Shown here: positions 11,930-23,759 of the stretch, one piece after another
Position numbering within the stretch: the first letter of the stretch is position 1
How the letters are laid out: the number at the start of each line of letters is the position of its first letter
NCBI GenBank assembly: GCA_011109175.1
Contig: RDEW01000036.1
Location: 547,281 to 611,280 of the forward strand
DNA: 64,000 nucleotides
Direction of reading: 5' to 3'
Source: Dicyema japonicum
Lineage: Eukaryota; Animalia; Dicyemida
Made by a program: the position numbers and the translations under genes
Notes under the pieces: model-generated
Seen by the model: the letters and a program-made list of their open reading frames with translations, nothing else
Databases searched by the model: none
Told to the model about the DNA's origin: nothing

Positions 11930-12700
11930 TCGCAGCCAGTCTCTTTGAGTTTTTTATTTGGATCTTTCAATCATCGCAAATGATCACTTACATCTCCAAT
12001 AAAAACATTTTAAAATAGTGTTCTTCCAAATTTTAAAAATCTCGCTTAATCATAAATTCTGTTTGTGGATCTACAATTATGTCTATTAATATGAAAATAA
12101 GTAAAGAATCTGACAGAAAACGTCTTTTTCAGCCTCAATGGACTGAGACTTTTGCCATCATGTCAGATCACCTTCAAAAATGTTTCCTTTGCCATGAAAC
12201 ATTCACCGAGAACAAAAATTCAAATCTGGAGAACTCTTTTATTCAAATAGTGGTAATTTTCAAGAAAATATCCAATTGGCGATGCACGAAACTATCTGTG
12301 GAAGAACTCCTAAAAATATTAAAAAGTTGAAAATTATTGGAACCAGTTTCCAAGACTACTAATATTGGAAAATTCATCGTCAGTCATTATTGCAAAAATG
12401 GGGAAACCATTCACAGATGGTGAATACATCAAATCCTGTCTTATAAAATTGTCACTATTCCAAGTAATTTTTAAAAGTTTTTAAAAATTACTGAAAATTT
12501 CGGAATTGGCAAATTTAAGAGAGTTTACTGTATTTCTCTTTTTTCAGAACAAATCGAATACATCTACAATGTGCAAGTTGGAAATGTCAAATTTTGCGAA
12601 AGACGACAACTTAAGCCGACCATCTTATGAAGTATAGAATTATTTTAATTGTTATCTTGTAACATGCTGTAGAGAGGCACATACAATTGCCGAAAATCTT
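11930..12700 (+). mobile_element. hAT transposase remnant (GTF2IRD2/EPM2AIP1-like)
   Basis: KRLFQPQWTETFAI....CFLCHETF..NKNSNL; downstream KPFTDGEYIKSCL-like remnant. Confidence 0.55.
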
Positions 12701-12818
12701 TATATCCACGAACAAATGTCTAAGTTTATCAAGAAACGAAAATTTCAAATTTACAAAAATTTGGAAAACAATCTTTAGTTACAGAGAATTGCATATTTGG
12801 TTTCAATTTATGAAAAAA

Positions 12819-12926
12819 CCACGACGCACGTGAAACCCGATGGCTTCTCCAGTTGATCTCCGTTGCAATCGTAAGAGGCAACGCAACGTCGATAATCTCG
12901 GCGGGGTTCACTTTGGATGGATGGCT
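12819..12926 (-). repeat. ~110-nt structured interspersed module (copies also at 31001-31088 -, 42830-42908 +, 51858-51910 +)
   Basis: Shared core GTTGC..CCTC..ACGA.TGCAAC(G/A)GAGATCAACTGGAGA in four places. Confidence 0.75.
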
Positions 12927-12939
12927 GTGTTAATTTTTT

Positions 12940-13190
12940 TATTAACCTCGGATACACCGAGAAAGAAGTTAAAGTAAACAACTAATTAAGTGTATCCAGT
13001 TTCCACTTCTACAGAGTCCATCCGGAATCAACATAAAAGGTAAGACGTCATTACATGCAGTTGTGGAAACCCCTCCAGTGGAGTGGGGAAGAGCAAATGA
13101 TCTTTTTCGTGCCGGCTGCACTGGGCGTCACCTAGACGGGTGGATCACATGACGCCACTCTATTAGGAAGAGAGAGGAAGAACAGACAAA
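12940..13190. repeat. ~250-bp hairpin-rich repeat, copy 1 (copy 2 at 54562-54870)
   Basis: Colinear with the 54.6-kb copy from ttattaacc(t/c)cggatacacc to ctcta(t/a)tagg. Confidence 0.8.
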
Positions 13191-13487
13191 CAAGCAGAAA
13201 ACTTCAACCAATTAACCACACAGCACCACATGGCGCCAATTGTTTTAAATAAATATTAAATTTTAATTTATGAGAAACTGAATATATTTACATTTTCGCT
13301 ACAAGGAAAATGCAAAACTGTTTGATTTTGAACGATAAAGTAATAAAAACGGAAAATCGAATTTTGTCGTTTATCCGTAAATAAAATGCTTTGCTGTTTT
13401 GCAAGAGTATTTTAATGAATCAAATGCGCATTGGACGATACAGTACTTCAGGACATCAAAGATCATTTGGTAATTTTGGATGATGAC

Positions 13488-14183
13488 TGGGGAGATTTTT
13501 GTCAATAAAGTCAAAATTTGATGTTTTTTAAAATTGTCTAAAACTTTAAAAAATGTGGTTTTTAGTCAAAAATATCGAAAGTCTATTGTTAGAAAATATC
13601 CTGATAAATTTTCTATCAACTCACAAGGAAATCTTTTTTGCAATTTATGTAGACATTTGTAACTGCAAAAAAGAATTTTTTAATTAAAATACATCAAATT
13701 AGCAGGTTTATTATTTTTATTACTATTTTACAGCCGTCAACAAAATAAAACTAACTGATTTTCTCGTCCCATCTGCCATTCATGAGTCGATATAGTCACT
13801 AAGGCTTTTGTGGAATCCGATATTCCCTTGCATAAGTTAAACAGTAAACTTACGAGACTTGTTTAGAGAATTGGACATAATCTTCCTTCTACTTACCCTT
13901 GGCGAAAAAGTGTAGAAAATTTATGGCAGAAGCAGAGTGACATAATTAAGCAATTTTTGAGGTTTTATTTTCATATATATCTAAAGACCGAAATTTTAAA
14001 CTCGAAAACGTTTTGAATTACATTATTCTGTATTTAATAAAAATTTTGAGTTGTTTTTATACTAAAAATTATTTTGTAGATATATATATCATAAAGTCAA
14101 AAAATCAAAATTTTGAACTTTTAAAGTCAATAAATCATTTTTAGGTCAAAATATCCGATTTATAATGTCAAAAAATCGTCCTA
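13488..14183 (+). mobile_element. Internally deleted hAT, CGGBP1-like transposase family
   Basis: Ends T(G/A)GGGAGATTTTTGTCAATAAAGTC...AAAAATCGTCCTA, shared with 41742-43011; BED-like RKYPDKFSINSQGNLFCNLC at ~13590. Confidence 0.65.
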
Positions 14184-14329
14184 ATGACATTGCGAAATAT
14201 TTTCCGGATAAATTTGATGACGATTGAGTTCAAATCCAAAGTTAAGTAATACCAGCAAATCTAACATAAATTGAATATGAAAATAATAATGATTTGATAT
14301 CAGAATCAACGTCAAATCAGATTTATAAA

Positions 14330-14647
14330 ATGAATTTCTTTTTAATTTTTGGAGAGCATACATTTCAAAATATGCTGATATCTCAGGAAAGGCTATACGT
14401 ACACTATTACCTTTTCCAACGACTACTTATGCGAGTCGGAGTTTCCAATGTATACATAAGGATACAGTTGTCAACAATAACTCCTAACGTTACACAACTA
14501 TGCAAAGAGTTATCTCAATGTTCACATTAAAATTGTTTTGGTTATTACGAATAAGAATTTTAAGTAATATTGTAAGAATTGATTGAAAGGGTTCCAAAAA
14601 ATTATCCCAAAAGGGTTCCGCGAGCATCTTAAAATTGGGAACCACTG
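14330..14647 (+). mobile_element. 3' end of a Buster-type hAT
   Basis: C-terminal remnant TTY.CES.FS...QLSTITPNVTQLCKELSQCSH*; right TIR TTGGGAACCACTG at 14635-14647. Confidence 0.7.
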
Positions 14648-15022
14648 GATTATGGTAATTAGCGGATGGATTAGGGTAATTAGAAAAGGAGTTAGTTTGA
14701 ATTAGAGAATGAATTAGTTTAATTAGAGAAGGACTTAGTTCAAATTAGAGAATGGATTAGGATGAATTGGATCCATTTAACTAAAGAAGCCTAGCATAGC
14801 GCAGTAATAAATTCCTTCCTCCTTACTTTATTGGAAGGGGATTCATATTGGCGGATAGTTGACCTAATTGAAATAAATGTTTATGAGTTTAAGGGAATAA
14901 TATAATTTGCTAAAATCAATTCATGGAAATGAATACCTAATACCCCAACAAACAAAATCAATCCTCAATAGGATTACTTACGTACACACAAAATATATAA
15001 ACTATTACGAAATGCCTAGGAA

Positions 15023-15457
15023 ATGTTCTCAAATTTTATTTTATTTCTTATTCTATTAATTGTACCAAAAAAACTATAGCTATAACTACTCAACCAACAA
15101 CAACGTCTAACACAACCCAACCACCAACAACAACATTTAACACAACCCAACCACCAACAACAACATTTAACACAACCCAACCACCAACAACAACATCTAA
15201 CACAACCCAACCACCAACAACAACATCTAACACAACCCAACCTTTAACAACAACTCCTATGGCTACAACTACTCAACCCCCAACAACAACTCCTATGGCT
15301 ACAACAACCCAACCTACAACACTTCCTCTATGTAGACAACTACTACAACTACTCCAACAAGATCAGGAATCGGAGCAAATACAATTTCAGGAAAACTAAG
15401 TAATCTTTCATATCACTTTTAGTTGTTCTTTCAGTAATAATCATGGTAGTTCGGTAA
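15023..15457 (+). CDS. Thr-rich mucin-like surface protein, copy 3 (five 30-bp PPTTT(S/F)NTTQ repeats; frameshifted as assembled)
   Basis: Same leader, 23-nt intron (15400-15422) and tail; an A7 run and a 1-nt loss at tgtag(g)ac break the frame. Confidence 0.6.
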
Positions 15458-15981
15458 TAACCTACGATTCTAACATATTAACATTTAATTTGATTAATTT
15501 TGATTGTTCGGTTAATTGGGGTACTTGGAATATTCTTGGAATATTCTTCAGTTAAAGAACATGTTATTTGACAGTTCTTCCCGTACCCACTACAAGCAAA
15601 CTATTTTGTAGTTGTTTGATGAATGAGAGAAATTTGGTCTATTGATTACAAATGCAGTTTTCTCTCCCAGCTGACCCATATGCTGATCTTACTAGAAACT
15701 TTTACTTTTTGTTATTACTTTTTTGTTGGCTATCAGTTTATTTGTTTAATAAATCAATTCCGAGTTAACTCAAACAAAATAAGCCCAAATAAATATAATG
15801 TGAAAGAAATACTCAATTATGAAGCATTATAAATTTTATAGCACCAACTCCCAATTATTTATTTTATTTTTAATAACCCCTGATTTCTGGAGAATGGTTG
15901 AGTTATATCAAGTTCCCAAAGTGAAGTGAGGGACGCATTCTTTCAAAGTATCTTCCATATCAGGCATTTTGAGAACTAATT

Positions 15982-16571
15982 GGGGCACGTAACGCCAAAA
16001 AATCAGAGGTTTCCCCAAAAACATAGGTTTTCCATGTAGCTCGATAAATAAACAAAAATAACATTATTTTTTAAAGTAATCAGTTATTTTCAATTTATTC
16101 ATTTTTTATTCCTACCGTCACTCTTTCTGAAAAATCGTGAAGATAGTCTCCAATCAAAAATGTTGCCTCTAGTTTTCGATTAAATTTATACTTTTTGATA
16201 TTTATAGTTCACATCTATATCCTCATAGAGATATGCATCACTATCTTCTTTAATTTCACATTCATCAATAGCAGTATTAAATATTTCTTCCGCGTCACAT
16301 TAATAAAATCGATATTACTAAACGTTGATTTTTTTAAAAATCATTTTTTCATGCACAAATGTCTCCTGTCATCCACGCATTTTTGGACAGAGTATAAACT
16401 TACATAAATTTCAAGAGAAAATATAATAAAAAATTAATGAATAGAAGTTATAAATTTAATTGATTTGTCATACTTTTGGTAGAAAATTTATAGAGCACCC
16501 AAAAAACGGAGTTTTCCCCAAAAATAGTGGTGCCCCATTTAGGAGGTGCGTCCTAAATGGAGGTCGGACTG
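15982..16571 (-). mobile_element. pogo/Tigger-like DNA transposon remnant
   Basis: SKNAWMTGDI (DDE_1-like) on the minus strand; terminus GGAGGTCGGACTG|TA; GGGGCAC/GTGCCCC inverted pair; CCATTTAGGA/TCCTAAATGG hairpin. Confidence 0.5.
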
Positions 16572-17070
16572 TATCCACTTTAAAGAGATGAGGGTATCAA
16601 GTGTAATATACCTACGTCATAGTGCCCCAGAGCTACGTCTCCAGGAAAGAAACACTCCACACTAACACCTCTTGAATCCCTGATTCGGAAAAACCGAGGA
16701 GTAGGAAACTATAATTATCAAATTCTACCCCCAAGAAAGACTTTCATAGCCTCAAGAAAGGTCATTTGGCCAAGATAAAGTCACTGCTGCAACGTGTTGG
16801 ATCACGTGATTAGTTAGTTCGGTTTTTACTAGGTCTTTGGAATTTTACATTTAAGAGTGAGACTCGCACGTCTTGAGAAGTCCACGATATCTTTGTTTGC
16901 CATGAACCACCAGAACTCGACTGGAGGATATGTCTTGATTCAAAGAGCTTGGAGGATCTCCTAAGCCGAGTAATCAAGGGAAGTTCAAAAATTAAGGAAG
17001 TTAAATTTAATCAGAGATAAAAATTTAGTTATCATAATTGGTTAACCAAATTTAATAAAATAGCAACGTT

Positions 17071-17186
17071 GTGTCGTGTGGTATCACGTGGCTACTTGAT
17101 CGAAGATTATTTTTCCTTCAATCTGGTGGTGTCGTGTGGTATCACGTGGCTACTTGATCGAAGATTATTTTTCCTTCAATCTGGTG
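17071..17186. repeat. Perfect 2 x 58-bp tandem duplication
   Basis: gtgtcgtgtggtatcacgtggctacttgatcgaagattatttttccttcaatctggtg twice; may be an assembly artefact. Confidence 0.9.
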
Positions 17187-17973
17187 GTGTCATCGGATCC
17201 ACCTTACTTAAGAGACTCCCGATACCTGGTCGGCATTCAAAGGGGCCCATCTATTAATTCCACTGGGACACAAATTCGCTGCCTAGCGACAAGTTCTAGA
17301 ATCGACCTCAGCTCCCCGGACGACGATCTTTGTGTTTTGGATGAGGGTTCGCTGGAACGCGTAAGGATCAGGAATTAGTTTGGTTTTACCCCTGGTCTTT
17401 GTAATAATTTAATTGGTCAAAATCATGACTGACCGATATCTTAATTATAGTGACGAATTAATCATTTTAAAGAACAAATATTATGCCGAGATCTCCCCAT
17501 ACTCACTACTTAATTTTAATGGGTACTACTTTAAGAGAAATTCATGTCAAGTAGACACATTGTGATTTATTTACTACCAGGTGACCACTTGAAATTCATT
17601 CTACTTAGAAAATTCTTTACGATTTAAATGGTTTTACTGTACTCATTTTGCTAACCTAGGCTATCCCCTGAATAGGTCTTATCCTGTTCCCACAGTTGAA
17701 ATAACCCTTCCAACCATATTCACCATTTTAAGAACCTCTTCACTGGAGTAGGGAGAGAAGAATCATTTTTGGATAACAGCCAGGCACTGGGGGTTCCAGT
17801 AGTTAAATGAATCCCATGACGCCTCTTAGGAATTGAAAATGTATTATTTAAACTTAATTAATTATTTAAACTTAATTAAAATGCTTCTATGAATTAAATT
17901 TAAAATAAATAAAAAGACCACAAAGTTAGCTAAAATAAACCATTATTAGTGACACAATCCCTTATTACGACGA

Positions 17974-19227
17974 CTAAAACAAGGACTGGAAGATTTCATT
18001 TTCCAGTCCTTCCTTCACTATTGTGACAGGTTTTAACTTATCTTGGATACCATGAATGAATTTCTATAATTTCAAAGTCTCCTCTTACCTGAGCATAGGC
18101 AATTCCGTTTCTCTTCTCACACTCGTTCGCATTCTTTCCGATCCACACATACACCCCACTGGCATGATTCACTATGAAAACGTCCTACAATCAATATTTC
18201 GACCACATTTGGATCAAGATATTGGCGGGAAATTTTGGAAATATTTAAATCAGTATATTCTATTTTTCCTGATTCATTGCTCACTTTAAGGATTTGATCC
18301 TTTTTATGCTTATGGTGCACTTGTTTGTCGACTTGCTCGTCACTTAGTTTCTGCACAAAGTCATCCTTTCAAATCACACCAACAAATACAGCGTCTCCAC
18401 TCTCATAAACGACGATTTTAGCAGCCCCCCTATCCGCCACAATGTGTTGGCGAAGGTCATGGCTTTAACCCGCTCGCCCGTGTTACATTGAGCTCCGTAC
18501 CAGATATTAACACGTGTCCCTTCATCAAGGATAAAAACGTCAGTTATATCCAGGCTATGTCTGCTTGGGGGAACCTATTATAACTAATGAAGTCACCTCG
18601 ACGACTCTCACATTTTTTTTCACTCCACAGAAGTGCAGCAATCGGGGACATATTCATTTGCCTCTACTTTGTTAAATCCGCTCTCAGCTCCGCCGTTCAT
18701 AATCCTAAGATTAATCCCATTAGCACATGATTTCATTAAAGTAGCTATGAAACAAGGCGGATTCGTGACCCTGGATCTCCCTGTGCTGAATTGCCTTGTC
18801 AGCCAAGTATGTGTCGAGTTCCACCGTCTTGTAGGCAGCAGTCCCGTATTCATCCTGTTATCGTAATAAGCATGCCAAATACAGCTGTACTGAAGTTGCC
18901 GATCCAAAAGTGGAGGTCGTACGAGATTTCGTTGGTGTTCGGGTCTTCTTGTAAGCCTACAAGTAAGACGATGGATGACTCTGAGGACTAGGTAGGAATC
19001 CCCGTTGTAGAATTTCCCGTAGAGACTTTTGTCCCATGGGGTCACTTTAAAGTTAACAATGCGCCAAATAGTGAACCCTTCCTTTTCGGTTCCCTTCCAT
19101 GCTGGTTCAGCCATAGCGGAGGTTACTAATTTAAAGGGTTTGACTTACTTTTGACTTGTCTTTCAGTTTCGCTTCCAAATAGGGCTATATTTGTGTCTTG
19201 AATATCATAAATCTTCATTTTCTTCAT
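17974..19227 (-). CDS. Gelsolin/severin-like actin-binding protein (3 gelsolin repeats)
   Basis: [27 protein letters not shown]...IWRIVNFKV...[12 protein letters not shown]...[23 protein letters not shown]...HREIQGHES. Eight introns of 22-28 nt (19126-19148, 18957-18979, 18855-18882, 18705-18726, 18575-18596, 18366-18389, 18185-18206, 18064-18088); a few 1-nt indels. Confidence 0.95.
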
Positions 19228-19947
19228 TCTTGCTTTAGAAAATTGATTAATTCAGCTTTATAAGCTTAACTAACTTATAAATATATTATTTTAATTGGTT
19301 AACCATCAAAAACAATAAATAATAAATATTTTAATAAATTAATTATCACACTCTACTTACTTGCGGTCACCAATATATGCAGTTACTAAGAAATCAGATT
19401 ATCACACCCACAGTTTGTCCATCCAATATTGTCCAAGCAAGTTCATCCCATTCAACGCTCATTTCTCGTTCCTAGTTGAGCCAGTTGTCCATAATCCAAG
19501 AGTCATCAGTCATAATTACTTCATAAAGGCGGCCAACATGCCGAACATCCGCCTTTATGATAACCTTATCAAATACCTCAAATACGACCATAGTTACGAG
19601 AAAACTCCAAACCTGTTATGGAGACTGGCTCAAGATACCCGTTAGTTTCGACCTTCCCTTATCGGTCTGGATTGCTTAGTTAACTGAAGACACTCTTTTA
19701 ACTCTGATAATCTTGAGTCAACAATAATTATCACAATCCATTTACATGCGGTTTCTCAGGAAACCCTAATTGATTAAACGGTAAAGTGCGCTCGCTACAT
19801 GGGCGTGTGTAGGGTCAAGGAGGAACACTAGAATAAATTGAGGACTCTTTTGGGACGATTCAGAGTCACATGGTTCTCTAGATCTAGTCTTCAGTTGTGG
19901 TCTTTTGACGTTATTTTATCATTCAATAAATCTTATTTTACATGTTA

Positions 19948-20296
19948 ATAATAATAATAATAATAAAGCCTTTTCACGAGAGCCATAGTATTTTATAGCT
20001 CCGCATAGGCAGGACACACACTTTATTTAAGTAAAGAACAGTTAATTTTAACTAATCGTAGAACCAAGGAATGATCTCACTTCTTTTTTTTTCTTTTTCT
20101 TGTGTGAGTGTCCTTTCTAGACAAATCCAGTTCCGCAGTGAGTATTCACTGATGACGGCGTCACTCGTCAAACCATTTCTGCATCGTAGATGCGTGGAAC
20201 CTTCCACCAGGTGAACAGCAGCGAGATTTGAACCCGTAGCCTAAGCCACTTAAGCCGACACCTAACCACTAAGCCACCCCAGAGAATGTTCCTCAG
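19948..20296 (-). mobile_element. Full-length tRNA-derived SINE (349 bp)
   Basis: A box TGGCTTAGTGG (20276-20266), B box GGTTCAAATC (20234-20225), (ATT)n tail, 13-bp TSD ATTTTACATGTTA (19935-19947, 20297-20309). Confidence 0.9.
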
Positions 20297-20477
20297 ATTT
20301 TACATGTTACTGTCTCTAATTCTGTCCTCCACCTAATCCTGTCATCAGAACGAGGTTTTTTGAAACAAATACACTATTTTGTTTCTATAAGGGCTGTCAT
20401 AAAATATACGACCCCCTTCTCCAATGGACCAATCAGAATTTTCCCTACCAGAGGACATCTGTGTAAACCGTCTAGGC

Positions 20478-21093
20478 CAGTAGTTCTTAACAGGGGCGCT
20501 GGAACATATTAGAATGACGCTGGAATTTTAATTTTTTAATTATTATAAATATTTGCATTAGGTTTTATAAATCATTTATCACGTGCTTTTCTAATTAATT
20601 CTACTTTGACTTTGTAGGTAAAGTCATATTTAGCAAATATGGATATCAACAATACTGGGTTTCTCATGTAAAATATCCTCAATTGTGGAATGAAATCGAA
20701 ACACTTAATAGCATTTCCTTCAACATATCTATTGAAAGAGGATTTAGTGGAGTCTACAATATTTTGACCAAAAAAAGAAATAAATTACAAATTGTGAATA
20801 GAGGAGATTTGAGACTAAGTCTGTCAACATAAAGGGATTGACAAATTCTCATCAACCACAAGGCAGTCACTAAAATTGTTTTTATATGATAAAAAAGTTT
20901 TGTTTGTGAATAAACTTTTTAATTTTCAAAATAATTAGTAATATTTGATAATATTAAAATTTGGTCAGTTGGCACTCTATTGACTGAAAAAACAGTTTCG
21001 ACGTACAATTTGAACAAAATTGCAAAATAAATCCGCAATTGAAAATAATTAGATCTTAAGGAGGCGCTGACTTAAAAAGGTTAAGAACTACAG
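20478..21093. mobile_element. hAT MITE (616 bp)
   Basis: 14-bp TIR C(A/T)GTAGTTCTTAAC; 8-bp TSD GTCTAGGC (20470-20477, 21094-21101); GGCGCTG subterminal motifs. Confidence 0.9.
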
Positions 21094-22100
21094 GTCTAGG
21101 CTATGGAAACCACTCCTCTCCACTAACATAAAATAAGCTGGAAAATAAAATGTGTCTCTCGTTCACTTTGCAACCTCTCCAAGTTGACGCAAATCACCTC
21201 TCCAAGTGTCCATAACTTATAAAAAGTCAATCCACCAGACGAAAGTGACCAATAACCACTGACCTCCTACAAGTTAGCGAGGCATCGGTAACTTATCTAA
21301 CTATATATATTCATATCGAGTCATTTTTTGTTCTCTAATCTCAATATACTTTAATTATGCCACGTGCTAATCACTAATATTGAATATCCCCCATATGGTG
21401 CAGTTGATTCAATACGATTGGAAGTAAGGCTGAGTTTAATGAAAAACCACACTCAACGTCACATAACGGTAAATCCATTATGAGAAAGATAAGTGGAATC
21501 CACTCCCTCAGCACCATGGAAACAAAAAAAGCTCATAAAGTTTCCTTCAGATTCCAACATGCAATTGATGATGTCAGCGACATCTGCCATAAAGTATGTT
21601 ATCCACTATCAGAAATGAAGGACTCGTTGTCCTGAGGATTCACTCCCGAACTCCCGGGCCCATATAAGATGAGACAATAATAAAAACTTAACTTTCCTCA
21701 ACACATCAATTAACAAAAACAACAGCCCCTCCCTATGGAGAAATCCCTCCCACCATATACTGAGGCTAAATAACTAGAATATTTTTATCTAATTCGTTAA
21801 CACCATTAACCATCAAAAAACAAGGATCCCTGTTACCTTCAACATTGTAAAATCCACTCCTTAGCTATCTCCCACTCTAATACTTATTTTATCCCCACAA
21901 AAACTTTATAATGTCAAGAAGACACGAAATATGAAACATTAACAGTAAAAACGACGAAAGACAGCTTAAAGAGTTCTAGGAAAGTCACAAAAGATGTTCC
22001 CGTTGAGGTGGTGGGTTTTAGTTTGTCCATTCCAGAATGAAAGAGCTCAGAGGATCATCAATAATCAGAAAGTATTAGTCAGTTAGAATGTTAATATTGT

Positions 22101-23012
22101 TTAAAGCATGAACGGGAGATCTAAATTTTTCTGTCCAATCCCCAGTAAAGACACCCGAACTGAGAGGTCCCTGGAATGTTGTAGAACACGTAGCCGGGCC
22201 AGAGAATGTTCCTCAGAGTTACCAATGCATTTCCTCGTTCAAACTGCAAAGTCCATGAACCTGAAGTGATGACTTGGATTACCCTGAGGTACCGAATTTT
22301 CAATACTGTTGAAGATGTCGATAGACTTTTCGTAGTCTCCCCTTCTAGCCACGGCCTCCACGTCGAAATCGACGGGATCCATGAAATAGAAGTAACTGCT
22401 GAATTTAGTAGCCTCGGAGACCGTAAGTCCTTCATATTACAGCAAGCGAACCCTCAAATAGTCTATTTTTAATGATAGTCTTGTCCGGAGCCGACAAATA
22501 CGCCCCACGTGGGACGATTGAGATTTCATCAATCAATTTTATTAAGGCTCGCAAACGGTCTTCTTCCTTTATCAGAATCTGCAGTATTTTTTAATTTGAA
22601 ATACCAACCACTTTCTCGTTGTCTCCATCCTCTCCCACGACTTTGTCAATCAGTTCGTACTCATAGCTGGGATCTCCCGAGAAACGCTCAAAGATTAGGG
22701 AGTAACTCCGCAAGGCTACCTCGTCCACTTCCGGTAATAAATTCCACGTTACACACTTTGAACTACGCTTATTTGCCACTCCCACCTGTAAAAGGTCTTT
22801 CTGTTTCTCATCAAATCATCAGTAAATCCCTGAGCAATGTAATAGTCACCGTTGATTCCCTCAATTCTCTCCCAAAATGTGACTTTGTTAAACTTGTTGT
22901 TAGCCTTCAAGATTGGCAGAGAAGTCTGCAAGGCTGCCCTTATTTGCGGAGAAAGGGAAATGCCGCTTGTTCCGAAATACTCAATGTCTACCAATACGGT
23001 CTGTGAATCCAT
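22101..23012 (-). CDS. RSPH9: Radial spoke head protein 9 homolog
   Basis: FWERIEGINGDYYIAQG...RFSGDPSYEYE...IKEEDRL...VPRGAY...GSWTLQFERGNALVTLRNILWPG...KNLDLPFML*. Introns 22763-22785, 22579-22608, 22430-22451, 22261-22282; one G-run indel near the end. Confidence 0.95.
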
Positions 23013-23208
23013 CGTCAAGGAAATATTCTGTTTACAATAATTCATTTTTAATAAAAAATAAATTAAAGTTTTTATTATTAATTTGAGTATATTATTCGAG
23101 GAGACTATGTAAGTCGAAAATACTGCCTAGGCTTCTCTTGTCCTGCTCCGCCTTCGATTTCTGCGCCACACCAGATATATCTCTGTGATCGTCCGCTTTT
23201 GGTAGTTA

Positions 23209-23221
23209 GTTTCATGCTAAC
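23209..23221. promoter_or_regulatory. Possible RFX X-box upstream of RSPH9
   Basis: GTTTCATGCTAAC ~200 bp upstream of the ATG; imperfect match to GTTNCCATGGNAAC. Confidence 0.35.
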
Positions 23222-23759
23222 CACTGGTTTCCTTTACTTGAAGGGACGGGGGGTAAATAAATTTCAACTTATTTGACCAGTCAATTCAGTCCATTTCCGA
23301 CCTCTCCTATCCCACCGAACGAACTGTTTTTGTCTCAGTTGATATAGAGGAGGTGTTTGACTCAACGTCTTCCAACTCTAATCTCGAGTCATAGGTGGCA
23401 CGCTTTATCAGCGGCCTTAGAGAACAAATGACATTCCCCCAGTCTCTTCGGTAGAAGTAGCCAACAGAAAAGTAACAACCAAAAGCGGACCTCCCAGAGA
23501 TCAGTCAAATATGTGACGCAAAATCAGAGGTTATATATAATGAAATGAAAAATTCCAAAGACCAAGATAAAACAAAATTAATTAATCACGTGACCCCAGC
23601 AGTTACAGCAGTTGCCTCATTGTGATTGTGTTCTCCTCTTGACTCCACACACACGTATCAAAAGTATGCTCTTATTGCCTCTGTGATCACTGGATTGAAA
23701 GAGTCCTCAACTAACTAACTGATCCCTGACTGACTAGGAAGAAGTCTAAACCGGTGATG

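Noticed and set aside
12840-12900. HDV-like ribozyme in the 110-nt module
   Set aside because: The only P1 candidate abuts P3 and leaves no P2 strand, so the nested double pseudoknot cannot be built.
13138-13148. GGTGGATCAC match to the start of 5.8S rRNA
   Set aside because: 10 nt only, not conserved in the second repeat copy, and no other rRNA sequence nearby.
15016-15240. Cys/Trp-rich ORF (MGCVRCCCWWLG...) resembling a metallothionein or toxin
   Set aside because: It is the antisense reading of the mucin ACA/CCA repeats.
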